Notes: generated by a model not told the origin, from the sequence alone. DNA of 62,917 bases, filler included, from Reticulomyxa filosa (GCA_000512085.1; 20 parts of 20 records of this genome joined end to end with filler, not necessarily neighbours in it), one strand, 5' to 3'. Positions 11,820-25,154 are shown, counted from the whole stretch's first letter. Made by a program: numbers and translations.

Positions 11820-12638
11820 AAGATATTTACTTAGGAATTTTCCTGAAGAAAGTTGGAAATTTTTTGGATAAATTAATTTGAATATTTATTATGGAAGAAC
11901 AAAGCCGATTGGTAAATCGACTGGCGATTCATTATTATCATTGCCTGATAATATGCAGTCACACAATCAAAGTGCAAGAACAGTCAATCATTCGATTAAT
12001 AATGATGAAATAATGCAAACAAAAGAAGACTATCTGTCGAAATCAAACCGATTGATCGAAGAAATTTGAAAAGATCAAAGCCAAATGATGACAATAAAAC
12101 GAAAGGATGCAATCAAGCAAGAAACAAAAGACTAAAATTTTACAAAGAGGCTTAATGATTGTTCCAAATTTATCCGAAAATAAGGAAGAAGAGGAACTGA
12201 ACGATGAAAACATATGGAAGGAAAGCAAGAAAACAAGAAAAGATTACTTCTGCAAGATAAGCCCAACATTGGTTTTTACAAATGTGAATGGAAAAGAATT
12301 GGTATCGCAGACACCTATTCTGAAATTCATCGGGCATTTGTAAAGAAATTGAAAGCACACACGTTTTCGCAATAATGGAAAACGTTGTTTGTGCATTTCC
12401 AAAGTCAAGTGAAGATTGATGAATTGCAATCAATTGCAGAACAGTTCAATTCAAGACAGCAATCCAAGTCACAAGAATTGGACAATGACGAAAAGCAAGA
12501 ACCTAAGAACAAGAAACAAAGCATCCCTTTCTGTTTGATATTCAGAAAAGATTACCAGTTGTGAAGGTGATATTTTCGAATGCCAAAGACGTTCAAAGGG
12601 CACTTCAAGAAAAGGTTATCACAATTGGATTTAATGAG
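11820..12638 (+). mobile_element. Probable degenerate non-LTR retrotransposon ORF1 (gag-like) remnant
   Basis: A-rich, coding-like stretch broken by many stops and frameshifts. It ends in KRLPVVKVIFSNAKDVQRALQEKVITIGFN, reminiscent of the segment preceding the zinc knuckle in LINE ORF1 proteins. No reverse transcriptase is visible. Confidence 0.35.
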
Positions 12639-14638
12639 NNNNNNNNNNNNNNNNNNNNNNNNNNNNNNNNNNNNNNNNNNNNTTAATTAATTAANNNNNN
12701 NNNNNNNNNNNNNNNNNNNNNNNNNNNNNNNNNNNNNNATATATGTTTTATGCGTTCAGTTTTCTTTGCAACTTACTGTACAACATGAATGCTGTAAGTT
12801 TCTGATTTGCATTTGTTGAGAAATACGTTTACAACAAATTTACAATAAGATATTATTAAAACTCTTTTATAATTGGCTATGTTATATATGATAACATAAT
12901 ATATCGATTGTCGAATATCATTGAATTTATTGACAATAGTTGTGGTAATTCCATTAATATAGAATTCTAACTCCAACTATTTGATTGTGATATGTCTTGA
13001 TCAATATTTTATGCTACACCAATTAATTCTAATATCTTGTGCTTCAATCTGCGAGTATCAAGACTGAATTTTCGTACAATGTGACTATTACTTCAACTGC
13101 TATCTGTTCACCTCATTTTTGGAAATGAAGACATGTAACATAATGTATGTTGATCAGATTTTACCTGATGCATTCCAATTTCATACAGTAAATTACAAAA
13201 AAACTGCAATACCTAAAGGGTATTATATGAAGAGAATCTATTTTCTCCATGAAAAATAAAGATTTAAACTTAATTTTTTAAAAATATACACTAATCTTGT
13301 AGTTTTTAAATATGAAATTGGTTTTATAATAAGTTTTTTCTAGGTTGATCAAAAATATGATTTTTTTAAATTTCGAATTAGTTCATATAAATTGAACATG
13401 TATTGAAAATAAGAAATTTTTAAATCTTTTTGTTTTCATTTTAGGAATCTTCAAGTCATGTTGATACTTTTTTAAAAAAATTACCATTGTATCTTTCGTA
13501 GTTTTTAAGAAAATTTATTTCCATATTTCAGGATTTTGAACTTTTTGTTTTCTCTTTTGTTTCTGTGATAATGTATATTAATTCGTTTTTGATTAAATCA
13601 CATTATTTAATCACCAAACAATTTCAGCAAATATGTTTTTGACATTAATGGCTTGCAGTCAACTGGTGTAATGATAACAGTTTGCCAGGTGTTGTAGAAT
13701 TAGTCAAATATCTGTGTTATATTTACATTCTAAATAGCTTTGTCATCAAATAATGATTGCTTATCTTGATTGTAGTGTCATCGTTTAATGTTGTTGATAT
13801 TTACTTTCAATAAGTAGTATTTTTTTCGCATTCCGTTATTCGATTATGTCTTCATTTTGGTGATCAATTGTTGACCTTGTTTTATTTTTCCAATGGATTC
13901 CACAAACTTGTTTTTCTAATGGCAAACACTACATATTGAAATAGATTCATTTAATAAACAACTTTCCGTGAAAACTTAATATGATGACGAAGTTAGTGTG
14001 ATTTTTTTAAAAAAAAGAAAAGTTTTTTCTCCAAGGCGAAGTTGTCAATTTTTTGCTTAACTAACTGGAAAATGCTGCGGAATGGAAAAAAAATCAATGA
14101 ATCAATGAAATAAATGTGTAATTGGTATAACTGAAAGTTTGAAGTAATGTGATACACACTTGAACATTGAAAAAGCTGAAATGTAGTGTGTTTATTAAAT
14201 GTGTGTACACTCTACTCGCTCTAAATTGCACTTTGTTGTACAACATTCGGAAGCCAACCATTCGGGTGTTGTGAAGATCAACGAAGGCTTTCATCAATGG
14301 CCTTAAGTACAGCCAAAGGTGGATTTCCGTGTATATCTTTGAAAAACAGTTTTACAGCTTTAACCGACTGAGCAAATTTCATTGAGCCAACCAGCAAACT
14401 ACTTTGATTTTTAGGAATTGGTGGGGAATGAATTTCCGAAGCATGATAATTATCAGCCACTATATTGTTTGTCCATGTGCATAACAACATAATTTGTTTC
14501 ACGTAAAGAGTTTCAAAAAAAAAAAAAAAAAANNNNNNNNNNNNNNNNNNNNNNNNNNNNNNNNNNNNNNNNNNNNTTAATTAATTAANNNNNNNNNNNN
14601 NNNNNNNNNNNNNNNNNNNNNNNNNNNNNNNNTATTAC

Positions 14639-14648
14639 TTATTGTCCA

Positions 14649-14712
<64 letters not shown>

Positions 14713-16496
14713 TATTATTATTATTGTTATTGTGATTGTGATTAGTTGTAAGTTTTTTATTGGTCGCAAATGTCTTGAGAGAATTATTGATTGAAATGTC
14801 TGAGGCCGCAACATTGTCAGTGGGCGTGTTTCTTTCATTTTCGATTATAGTGATTGGAGTCACGACATTGACTTGTTTTGCACGTCGCACGGGCAGTTTC
14901 ATTTTTTTGTTCGCGGGTGCCGCCGGTATTTTGATGTCGCAAGGAAGATCTTTGTTGTCATTATTGCTATTGTGTTCATCGCTGCTGTTGCTGTTGTCAT
15001 CGTCGTTTTTGCTTTTGTTTTTACTTTTGCTTTTGTCTTTGCCTTTATTTTTTTTCTCTTTGTTTTTGCCCTTGTCTTTACTTTTACTTTTTTCTTTGCT
15101 CTTGTTTTTATCTTTATCTTTACTTTTGTCTTTGTCTTTACCTTTACTTTTGCCCTTTTCTTGGCCCTTGTCCTCTGCTGTCGTACTCTTTTTCTCTTTT
15201 TTTTCTTGTCCTTCTTTGTCCCCTCTTCCTCTGCCTGTTCTTCTTCTTCTTCTTCTTCTTCTTTCCTTTGTCCGTTATTCTCGCTGACAATGCCAGAGAA
15301 CTGCTGCGCCAACAAATTGCCCGCACCGCTGACATCACGATGTCTGTTGAATGTGATATCATCCGCAAAAGGGAACAATGAGGAAGTGCCGACGACACTG
15401 CCGTGGTGATATTTCGAAGTGGGGAACAGCGAACAAGAGAAAGGGTCGGAGAGACGCGCAGAGACAAGAGGGTCGGATGAGGGAAAGAATGACGACGATG
15501 ACGATGACGATGACGACGACGACGACGACGACAAAGGAAATGAAGACGTGGACAATGGTTGATACGGAGATGAAGCAGACAAAGAAGAGGAGGGAGAAGA
15601 AGAGGAGGAAAAGAGAGAAAATGAAGGTTGTGATGAATATGAAAGAGAGTTATTAAAATTGGGATACGTGGAATTCAGCGAATGAAAGCCAAGATTTTCT
15701 TATATGTAATAAGTGTGTTGGGTACATAAGTTATATGCGCAAAAGCAATAAATAAATATACAATATATATATATATATATATTGTATATTTATTTATTGG
15801 TTTCAAAACAAATACAAATATAAAACCTTGTGGAGAAGGCTTTTTCCAAATCTTGACGACGCAACAAAGCGTGAAACCACCACAAGTAATCAACCGAACT
15901 GAAAAACGTGAGCGATTCATTCTTCAAATGATGGAAGCAATCTTGAAACAACAACAACGAGTTTTTTTTTTTTGCAAGTAATGCAGACGTGTGTTCAATG
16001 ATCGCAATTGCTCAGTGAGTTGGTTTGGATTGTGATGAGTGATGTGAACACTAAGAAACTGAAGTTCTTTGGCTTCAATGTCTTTTTGGACAAATGCAAT
16101 GTTCTTTTCCAACTCTTTCATTTCTTGAACGTGCTTCTCACTCGACTGCGCCATAATCGCAAACCACTTCACTGTGCTTTCGTTAATGTCGGGGTTCACT
16201 GCGTAATATGTATGCACTACATGCTCGATAAACTGCTTGCGAAACTCCTTGGCTGATAACATACGCTGACACTGCCCAAGCTCTTCTTCCATTTGTTGCA
16301 CTCTTTGCTTTGCGTTCGAAGACTGAAATGAGAAGCCAAACGGAATACTCAGTAACCTCTGCAAATTGCTCATTTCTGAGTTGCTTTTCAGCACTTCCTG
16401 CTTTGTTTGCTCCAATATTTCACTTACTCGGTAGTCCATTGCGCTGCCCCTTTTCTTAAGTTTTGAAGTTGGCGCACTTTTTTGATGGTACGACAT
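14639..16496 (-). CDS. Hypothetical protein: coiled-coil N-terminus, then Ser-rich, Lys/Asp-rich and poly-Asn low-complexity tail
   Basis: ORFs 15924-16682 (probable start MSYHQK at 16496), 14899-15582 and 14639-14902 can be joined by one intron (~15700-15828) and 1-nt corrections at A-runs 15962-15973 and 15197-15204. Confidence 0.55.
14650..14730. repeat. (AAT/TAT)n microsatellite, encoding poly-Asn on the minus strand
   Basis: Trinucleotide run directly visible. Confidence 0.95.
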
Positions 16497-17288
16497 TGCG
16501 TACACGATGTTTAGTTTGTTTTTCTCTTCTTTTGCAAAAAGCTTTGTGCTGCTAGTTTTTGCACGTTTACAGTTTTCTTTGGTTTTGGATCTTTCACAAG
16601 AGTTGTGCTTAGTCAGCAATTTCACAAAAACTTTAAGAAAATAACTAAATTTGAGTATTTGCAAGAATACTGAGTTCTTCACACAGTAATGTCAAAGAAA
16701 TGATGCAAAAAAGGGCCAAAAAACCTTACATGAAAGACAAAAAATTCTGGACTTTTTTAAGCCTGTTCAAAGTTCATTTTGAAGTTGGTATACGTAGTTT
16801 TAGAAATACACTTTGTGGTATTTTAAACGATTGATTTCGTTGAAGCTATCATTGGATTGAATTTGCAGTATTAGAACACGTTTGGAGTTTTTATCATGTT
16901 AATTTGCGGAAAGCTTTTTGCGTTATTGTCTTTGACTTCTCATTTATTTTGTTATTTTGGCTGCAAATCAAAAGAAATTACATGAACACTCTTGTGCCAG
17001 AATGTTGTTGTAATTACCACAATATTGCTTTTTTTAAATTTAATTTAAAAACTATCTTCTCTGTCCAATAATACTTACTTTTCCTCTTTAGGTTTTTTCA
17101 AGATATTTCATAAGAAAATATTGATGGCCAAGTGATAATTTAGTATAAAAATTGTCGCAAGAGAAAAACAAAACATGCAAGTATGTTAAACTATGAATAT
17201 TGTACAACTGTGTTACTATATCGTAAGACACAGTTGTCTTTTAAAAGAGGAAGCAAATAAGTTTTATTGCGATATTTCAGAGAGAAAA

Positions 17289-17751
17289 ATGTCGTTACAA
17301 AGCGGCCTAGTTAGCAATGAGAAGAAAGATGTGGCATCAAGCAGTGGAATGCTAAAAAGCTGGTGGGAAGTATGCTGCACTTGGATAGGCTTGGGATGTT
17401 GCATTGACGAAACAAAATGGGAGAAAAAGCCAATCGCAGAAGTAGTGCAAAACAAGCACCGAAGTTGTACGGACGTACCTTGTTGTTTATTTTTGGTGGC
17501 AGTATTTGCGTCGCAAATATTGTTGATTTCATACGCATCTTCGAAAGGAGCAGATCCCAGTTACTTAGTCCATGGAACGGATTACCGAGGACATCTTTGC
17601 GATGGAAAAAATGGAGACGGCCAATACACGGCGTGGCCCGCCTTGGAAACAACTTATGACGTTCGCATTTGTTTGAAAAGTTGCGATTGCACGAGTGACT
17701 CATCCATGAACAACGACACACAAATGATTAACAATTATCCAAGCCAAGCCT
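17289..17751 (+). CDS. Choline transporter-like (CTL/SLC44) protein, first exon only
   Basis: HRSCTDVPCCLFL, TM1, KGADPSYLVHGTDYRGHLCDG, RICLKSC: the CTL N-terminal signature. Confidence 0.85.
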
Positions 17752-17776
17752 GTTGAGTAAAACAAAACATTGACAA

Positions 17777-17814
<38 letters not shown>

Positions 17815-17935
17815 ANNNNNNNNNNNNNNNNNNNNNNNNNNNNNNNNNNNNNNNNNNNNTTAATTAATTAANNNNNNNNNNNNNNNNNNNNNNNNNNNNN
17901 NNNNNNNNNNNNNNNAAAAAAAAAAAAAAAAAAAA

Positions 17936-18827
17936 GTTCTTGCGCCAGCACACGACCATATTTGTAATACCAATGCTAAATCCAGACGGAGTATACACAG
18001 GTAATTATCGCAGTACGAGCCTAGGGAATGACTTGAACCGGGAATGGCAGAACCCCAATTGGAAAGCACATCCCACCATCAGTGCGGTAAAGTACTTGTT
18101 ACGGCAGCTGGACCATCACAATCGCAAGACGAAATGCACTTCGAAGTCATGTAACAATAACGAACCGAACAAAAAACAAAAAGAAAGTAATCAGGGGACA
18201 AACCAATGGAGCAGATCTGTGGGTTTGGATTATTATATTGATGTCCATGGCCACACCAATGCCAATAATGCATTTATGTATTGCAATCAAAACCTGTCCG
18301 CTCAAGACCCTGCATCCAGAGACGCTCAAAACGATTTTATCACTTTGCTGCCCAGACTTTGGGAAGCGCACTGTCAAGAATTTTCCTTTGCAAAGTCCAA
18401 ATTTTGTGCCAATCCAAAAAAAGCAGGGTCTGCAAGGAGAGCAATGGAGGCGGTTCTCAGCGATGTCCCCATTTGTTACACTTTCGAAGTATCGTTTTTC
18501 AAAAGCAATGAACGTGATGTCTATTCATTGCCTTACACCAAAGAAACATGTTATCTTTTTTTTTTTTTCTTTCTCTATTTTTTATTTTTTGGAGTAAAAT
18601 GCACTTTTTTGCTGCTATTGTTCATGAAAAAAGATAAAAATATCGGACGGGCTCTGGTGCAAGCACTGACTGACGTTTACTTTACACCACCACATCTGAG
18701 GCGATCGTTGATGGGTTATGGAGTGGAGTACCAACGGCTGATGAAAGGTGATTTGAGAAGATATCGTCGAAAAAAAGCAATGACAAAAAAAGTTTATGAA
18801 GTCGACAAATCCAATAGTGATTTGTGA
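17936..18827 (+). CDS. Cytosolic carboxypeptidase (M14D, CCP/AGBL; tubulin deglutamylase, CCP6/AGBL4-like), 5'-truncated
   Basis: FVIPMLNPDGVYTGNYRS...DLNREW, YYIDVHGH (Zn ligand), YTFEVSF (catalytic Glu). Intron 18550-18633 restores ETYKNIGRALVQAL. Confidence 0.9.
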
Positions 18828-19209
18828 CAAACCATAAAAAAACCTTTCAGCTCTTTTCACCTATTTATATATAATTTGCACCAACTTCATAAACCTAAAG
18901 TCGGAGTTGTTTTATTTTAAATTTTTTTTTTAGAGAACAAATTTTTAAAATTATTGTTATCAGTTGATTGTTATTATCATGGTATCGTTTTAAAAAAAAT
19001 CACAACTTTTGTCCTATTAACGAAAATGCTTTTGTTCATGCAAATAAATTGTTTAATGTACTACATTGAAAAAAATATCTAAAAAAATACTAATGTGTAG
19101 ATCATAACATTGTAAAATGAAGTTCCTGAGTAACCTAGGAAACTACCTTTTTATAACAACTTAATACCTTTTTTCAAACTTCTTTATTTCTTTATTTCTT
19201 ATTGTTATT

Positions 19210-19870
19210 GTGAATGAAATAACAGTGCGAATCCAACGTCATTCGGCACTAAATGAAATGGTGAATAAAGTGAAACGACTGCAGCATAGCGAGTTGATAG
19301 AGCTATGCGAAGAGAAAGCGCATATGAAGCTGACACAAAAGCAAGTGGAAAACGATCAAACTCGCGATTCAGACGCGCTGCAACAGGCCATTTACTCATT
19401 GCAACAGCAAACAGAAAACGAAAAAAAGTATCAAGAAAATTGATTGCAGGAGAAGTTCGTTCAAATGGTTTCGACTTGTGATAATGTTATTATCCAATGC
19501 AATTTTGGTAAGCAAATAAAAAAATTTTATATGCGTAAAGACTTATATCAATTTTCCGATGCAAATAAACGACGTCTTTTGCAGTTAATTTATTTATTAT
19601 TATAAAAAAAAAGTATGTATTTATTGTTATTACCCCCTTTTTTTTTTAACAAGTTTTTTTAGGATAATTTTTTAATGTTTTCGTTTTCAAAAACATATTT
19701 TTGGATTTGGAAGATTGTAGCGAAATCTGTTTGACTTCGAAGGAGTGTTATTATAATTATTACAGGACCAAGTTTTTAATGCAGTTGACTGGAATCATAC
19801 TGAAGAGTTATTGCTGGTAACCACCGGCGCCTGGCACACCCGCATCAGTCGAAGCATCATCCAAGCAAGT
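19210..19870 (+). CDS. Hypothetical protein fragment (coiled-coil exon plus a later exon)
   Basis: ORF 19210-19443 is coiled-coil-like. A second AG/GT-bounded exon near 19766-19868 reads DQVFNAVDWNHTEELLLVTTGAWHTRISRSIIQ. Confidence 0.3.
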
Positions 19871-20444
19871 ACGTAGCGCCATACTTACACTCAAGTTTGA
19901 TGAAGGGAGTATCNNNNNNNNNNNNNNNNNNNNNNNNNNNNNNNNNNNNNNNNNNNNTTAATTAATTAANNNNNNNNNNNNNNNNNNNNNNNNNNNNNNN
20001 NNNNNNNNNNNNNAGTATCTCGTCTTTATATATGATACATTGAGTATGTTGGATAGGCCGCGGCAATGCAAATATTGATTCATAACCAAGAGAAGCATTT
20101 GCGTTGCCCATTTTGATTGTTGGAAAATTGACTCTGTAATATGTAAAACCATCTCATTTTTCTTTTGGCAAAGCCTTTTCTTGGTTTTAACGAATTTTTT
20201 TTTTACTTGCAATAAAAATTATTTGCTTGTGTTATACTGCAATCTAATAACAAAATGTTTGCGGTGAAGCCCAGAAAGTAAACGACCTTAAGTAGTTTTT
20301 TTTGTTAATAAAGCAAATATATACATGTTGATATTGGATTCAAAGTCAAAAGTAGCTCTATTGCTTGGAGCAAATACATTAAGTGAAAAGCGAATAAATG
20401 CTGCGAACTTGCCATTGTGGCAGCACTGGACACATAGATTGTTG

Positions 20445-21283
20445 ATGTTGATATTTTTGCTGTCGTCGTTGATAGCGTTGTACCTGTACACGACATCAGT
20501 GAGCGAGTGGATATAAATCGAGTCGACGCAGTTGATGCGCAGCCAAAAAACATGAGTTTTGAAGCGCAAAATGGCGGATGATAAAAAGATCACCTTGACA
20601 TTTGCGTTGAGACAGAAGCGTGTCGAAGGTTAAACAGTATTGGCATATACGTATATATATGTATACATATATATGTTTATATGCATATGATAAAAAAAAG
20701 TTTCACGAGGAAATGAAAGAAATATCGGACCCGTCATCTCCAAAATACGGACAAGCGTTATCGGAGGCGCACGAGATGTTGAAGCCGGACTCTTTGTCCT
20801 TCGAAGTGAAGAGACGATGGCTGCGATCGTTTGGAGTGAACGACGAGGAACACGTGACATCGAATGGAGACTTTGTGTGCATGACAGTGACAGTGGGCAT
20901 AGCAAAAGCGATGTTGCGCACCGAGTACTGAAAGTGGAAGCACGCAGAGACAAAGCAATGAATGGATGCAGCGTGAAAGACACATATCAAGTGCCAGTGT
21001 ACATACGCGACCACGTCGACATTGCGTTTTTCAATGACCAAACACGGCAAGTTTGTGCAAGTGATCACCATCCAAGGCAATGGAAATTATGAAAGGTACA
21101 TATATCCGGAGATGTTGTGGAAGCTGTATCGCATGGTGGATAGCAATGGCAACATATATTATACCCATCAACAACAACAAAAGCATTATCAAGTAGTCGC
21201 TTCGTTTTTGGAAGAATGATACGACCGACAAAGATTTGCAAAGTTTTTGGACCGAGTTTGGTGTGAAGAAGATAAAACCAACG
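20445..21283 (+). pseudogene. Sedolisin/tripeptidyl-peptidase I (S53) pseudogene, signal peptide and pro-domain region
   Basis: Signal-like MLIFLLSSLIALYL, then ITLTFALRQK, EISDPSSPKYGQAL, WLRSFGV, NGDFV.MTVTV.IAKAMLRTEY, YQVPVYIRDHVD (pro-kumamolisin activation domain). In-frame stops near 20514, 20553 and 20929. Confidence 0.75.
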
Positions 21284-21383
21284 NNNNNNNNNNNNNNNNN
21301 NNNNNNNNNNNNNNNNNNNNNNNNNNNTTAATTAATTAANNNNNNNNNNNNNNNNNNNNNNNNNNNNNNNNNNNNNNNNNNNN

Positions 21384-21419
<36 letters not shown>

Positions 21420-21422
21420 AAG

Positions 21423-22080
21423 GACTTGTTGTACGACTCTCTTCCATCATTTGTATTGCAATACTACGTGATATTGCGTACGAATACCAAGTTTTCAACA
21501 ACCATTATCGTGTCACTGTTTTTTTCGATTTGACAATCTCTTTCACGATATGGCGTATCCTTTTCTTTGAGGAAATGCCAATGTCCACGCCCACGGAGAT
21601 GCAAATGCTCGCCACGATCCACACGCACCCAGGCATGGAAAAGACAGAAATGTCTCTGGAACTTGCCCCCAGTGAACGCAAGGCAACCATGGAGACGAGC
21701 GGCCATCGCGGCACCAGTATTGACCAAAACGAAACAATGGACCAAGGACACCACTCGGGAGAGGGATATGCCAATGCCGAAAACGGGGCCAATGACACCG
21801 ACGCCGACACACGCATCGAGCGTGCGTCGTCATTGCCCAACGTCGTGCTCAGCGCTAAGCAGCGCGAAAAGGATGCAAACCCGTTGGCAATGAGCAACGA
21901 CAAGGAATTGCGGCTGTTGTTAGAGGCCAATTTCCAAGGAGCAATCAGCACCGAAAGCGGGCTTGATTTGAACACTGTTTTGTCGTTGATGACCGTGAAT
22001 GCGTCCACTCCTCAAACTCCTGGGGGTCCCGAAAAAGAAAAAAACACTACCACTGTAGAAAAGGGTATTGAACTTGCAGC

Positions 22081-22114
<34 letters not shown>

Positions 22115-24609
22115 GTAACTACTACTGCAGCTGCAACAGACAGCAAAGTGGAAGAACCACCAAAGACAACGAATGAACAGACCAAAGTGAGCGCCGATTC
22201 CAAAATCGCTTCTTCGTCGGCGATAGATGCATCGTCATCGACGCCAGCATCAGCGGACCCTCATCAGCCTCTCACATCACTGCACAGCTATTACAAAACG
22301 CTGGCACAGCAGGCACAGCAGCAGCAAGCTGAACTCGATCCCAAGCTGCCAAAGGTGTTGTCAATCGGCGGCGACTCAGGCGTGCCCGTGAACGTGTCAG
22401 CGCTGCACAGCCTATACGAAAACCAAAACCTGGGCACGAAAGACGCCGACAAGCCGCGGTCGAGAACGCACGACCAAGTGGAATACAATCCACCATCGAA
22501 GCCACGCACGATGACGGGTGAGGCACCAGGTAAGCCTCTTCCCACTCGCGCGGTGGCCGTAAGTGAGACGAGTGGACAAGCGCACAATTCCAAAGTCAAA
22601 GATAAAGAGCACAACGATGCAGCCAATCGAGAAGAGAAAAAAGACAAGGCTGATGACGGTGGCAGTGGTAAGATCACGAAGCAGGGGAGTGACAAGAAGA
22701 AATCGGGTGACGGCAAAAAGGGCTCCAAAGCCAAGAACAAGAGCAATAGCGACACACTGGTCGAGGCCAAGGAAAAGAGGGTCGCCAAAACCACTGATGA
22801 TTTGAAGTCGTCGGACAAATCCAAGAAGCAGTCCAAAACAGGCGCCGCCAAGACCCCTACCAAGAAAAACAAGGATCAGACTGCAAAGGGCAGCAAATCC
22901 GCAACCAAGTCCAGCGACACAAACAAAGCAGGATCTTTGACGCTCATCAAGCAAAGCAATCCAAACAAGGGCGCTCAATCCAAAGCTACCAAGACCAACA
23001 ACAATAACAATAACAATAACAATAGTTCTCAAAGCAAAACTACAACCAAGACAACCAATAATAATAATAATAATAATAATCACGAAAACAATGAGGAAGA
23101 GAAGGGAAGCGAACAACCCAAAGCGCGGCCTGCAAGAAAAAAAACCAAAACACACGCACGCAGCATAAAGAAAAACAGAAAACAAAGGACTCAATGGGCT
23201 CTCAAAAAAAGCCCAAGCCGGCCTCTGCGAAGAAACCAACCACCCCTGTGCAGAAAAATGCAAAGATTGCGAGAACGGGCACCGCAAAAGCCGCGTCGGG
23301 AACAGCGAAGAAGAGTGCGGGAACAAAGCAAAGGTCTCCGCGGCCTGAACCAAAGGACAAGAAGCCTGTGCCAAAACCGAAAAAAAAAGTGGCGAAAGGG
23401 TCGCGAGTGAAGAGGTTACAACGTAAATTCGAGACGTGGGATGATGACACCGATGCCAACGAAGACTCTTCGGAAGATGAAGATTTCGATTTTCTGGCGG
23501 CGTTGGACGAAGGCAAGGACGCTGATGAACCAGAACAACGACCCAAACCAAAGCCAAAAACTAAGATCATTCCGAAAAAACCCATCAAGCCAAAACTGAA
23601 ACCTTTGCCCAAATTAGAGGCTCACACTGACACAAAAGACGGTAAAAACTGCTTCTTCTTCTGTAGATAATAAACCCAAGGACAAACCGGAAGAAGCAGT
23701 AGCGACTGTGGTTCCGAAAGTCGAAGTCGCTGTCAATCGAGAACAGGTTCCACAACATAACTTGATTCACAAGGTTGACTTAATAAGCGTGAACTCTGCC
23801 AGTGACTCTGCTATGGCCGCAAATGTCAGTGTCAAAGACTTGCAAGACCAGTCTGCGCTTTCTCTCCCGAATACTGATAACACCGGAGATGACAAAGGCG
23901 AGTCCAATAACGACAACAACAACGACGAAACTGGTGACGACGTTGAACAGGAACAAGGTGATATTCAGGAAACAGACGACTCTGGCCAAAAAAAAAAAAA
24001 GAAAAAGAAACGAACGCGACAGTTTGTTTCCTACGTCTATCTGGTCTTATACGTGTTTTTATGTAGCGATTTATTCATACGTGTCACACCCTATTTGTTG
24101 ATCGTCGTGTCGTTGGAAAGCAGCTTGTTGAGCTTCATGATCTTCGTTGGATTCACGCTATTTCTCGCTGTTTTTGAATCGTTCATGTGCTACTATTTTT
24201 GTTTGAAAAAAGAAGTATTTGGACTAAATCGCTTTCAACTCACCATGAGATATGGTGTGGTTGGCATCATTAGCTGTTGTTATTTACTGCTTGCTTGTAT
24301 TGGACTAAGATTTCTACCTCGGACTGTCATTTTCCGAAAAGGTATCTTTCTATTTTTCTTTCTTTTATTGCAGATTATTTACAAAAAATTGTGCACAACT
24401 TTCTTTCTGTTTGTAATCGTCACTACAAAGGTTTATTCATTGAACATTTGCTACGTACGGCATTTAGTGTTTTGGTCATTATCGTTCTCATGGTCCTCCA
24501 AGAATTTTATTGGGGTTGGAATTTTTACACTACTTTGTATGTGTATGCAGGAGCACAAGTGGCCAATTGGGTTTGCATCGGTATTATGTACATTCACATG
24601 GATCGCTGA
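21423..24609 (+). CDS. XK-related-like multi-pass membrane protein with a very large low-complexity insertion, 5'-truncated
   Basis: LLYDSLPSFVLQYYVIL...IIVSLFFSILTISF (cf. XK motif LESxPQLxLQxY), about 800 aa of T/K/N/D-rich sequence, then SDLFIRVTPYLL and several more TM helices ending ...IMYIHMDR*. Joining the parts needs small frame corrections. Confidence 0.5.
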
Positions 24610-25154
24610 AACATAAACAGTGATTTAATAAAAAAAAATTCATAAATAAAAATATAAAAAATCCATAGAATGATTTTGATGTACGGAAACGTGTGCGATT
24701 TTTTTCACTTTCTTTTGTTTAGATTTTGTTTTTTAACTTTCTGTAAATTTGCAGTTGACGATTTTCAGCTCTCGTTGCTCTCTCGCAAATATCATTGCAA
24801 AAAAAGAAACGTTTGAAAGTTGTTTCCTTCCGCCACTCGCATGTTTTTAAGACTTAAAAAAATAAACGTTTTTCGGGATTCAGAGAAGGATACGTATAAA
24901 AAAATCCTTTTGCCACAAATTTGATCAACGTTTGAATTTGTCAGCGACCACAAAAAAAAAGAAACGAGTAAAACAGAATAACAACAAAAAAATAAAAAAC
25001 AAATCAAAACAAAGTAACAACAAGCAAAACAAAAGAAACGCGAAAAAAAGCAAAGCTAATAAATATTTCCCCTGTGCATGCGCGAATCTCTAAAAAACGA
25101 CAATTGACCTGAGCTATGAAACAGACAATATTTCTGTTTGTTTTGCCTGCCAGT

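Noticed and set aside
12739-14532. Short ORFs and coding-like patches in contig 9
   Set aside because: No recognisable motif or consistent exon chain; at most unassignable decayed sequence.
14760-15409. Very hydrophobic Leu/Phe-rich ORFs that look like membrane proteins (also 22291-23612)
   Set aside because: Reverse complements of Lys/Asp/Glu-rich low-complexity coding sequence on the opposite strand.
20445-21283. Stop-codon reassignment as an explanation for in-frame stops
   Set aside because: Conserved genes in the window end at TAA, TAG or TGA and have no internal stops; internal stops occur only in decayed copies.
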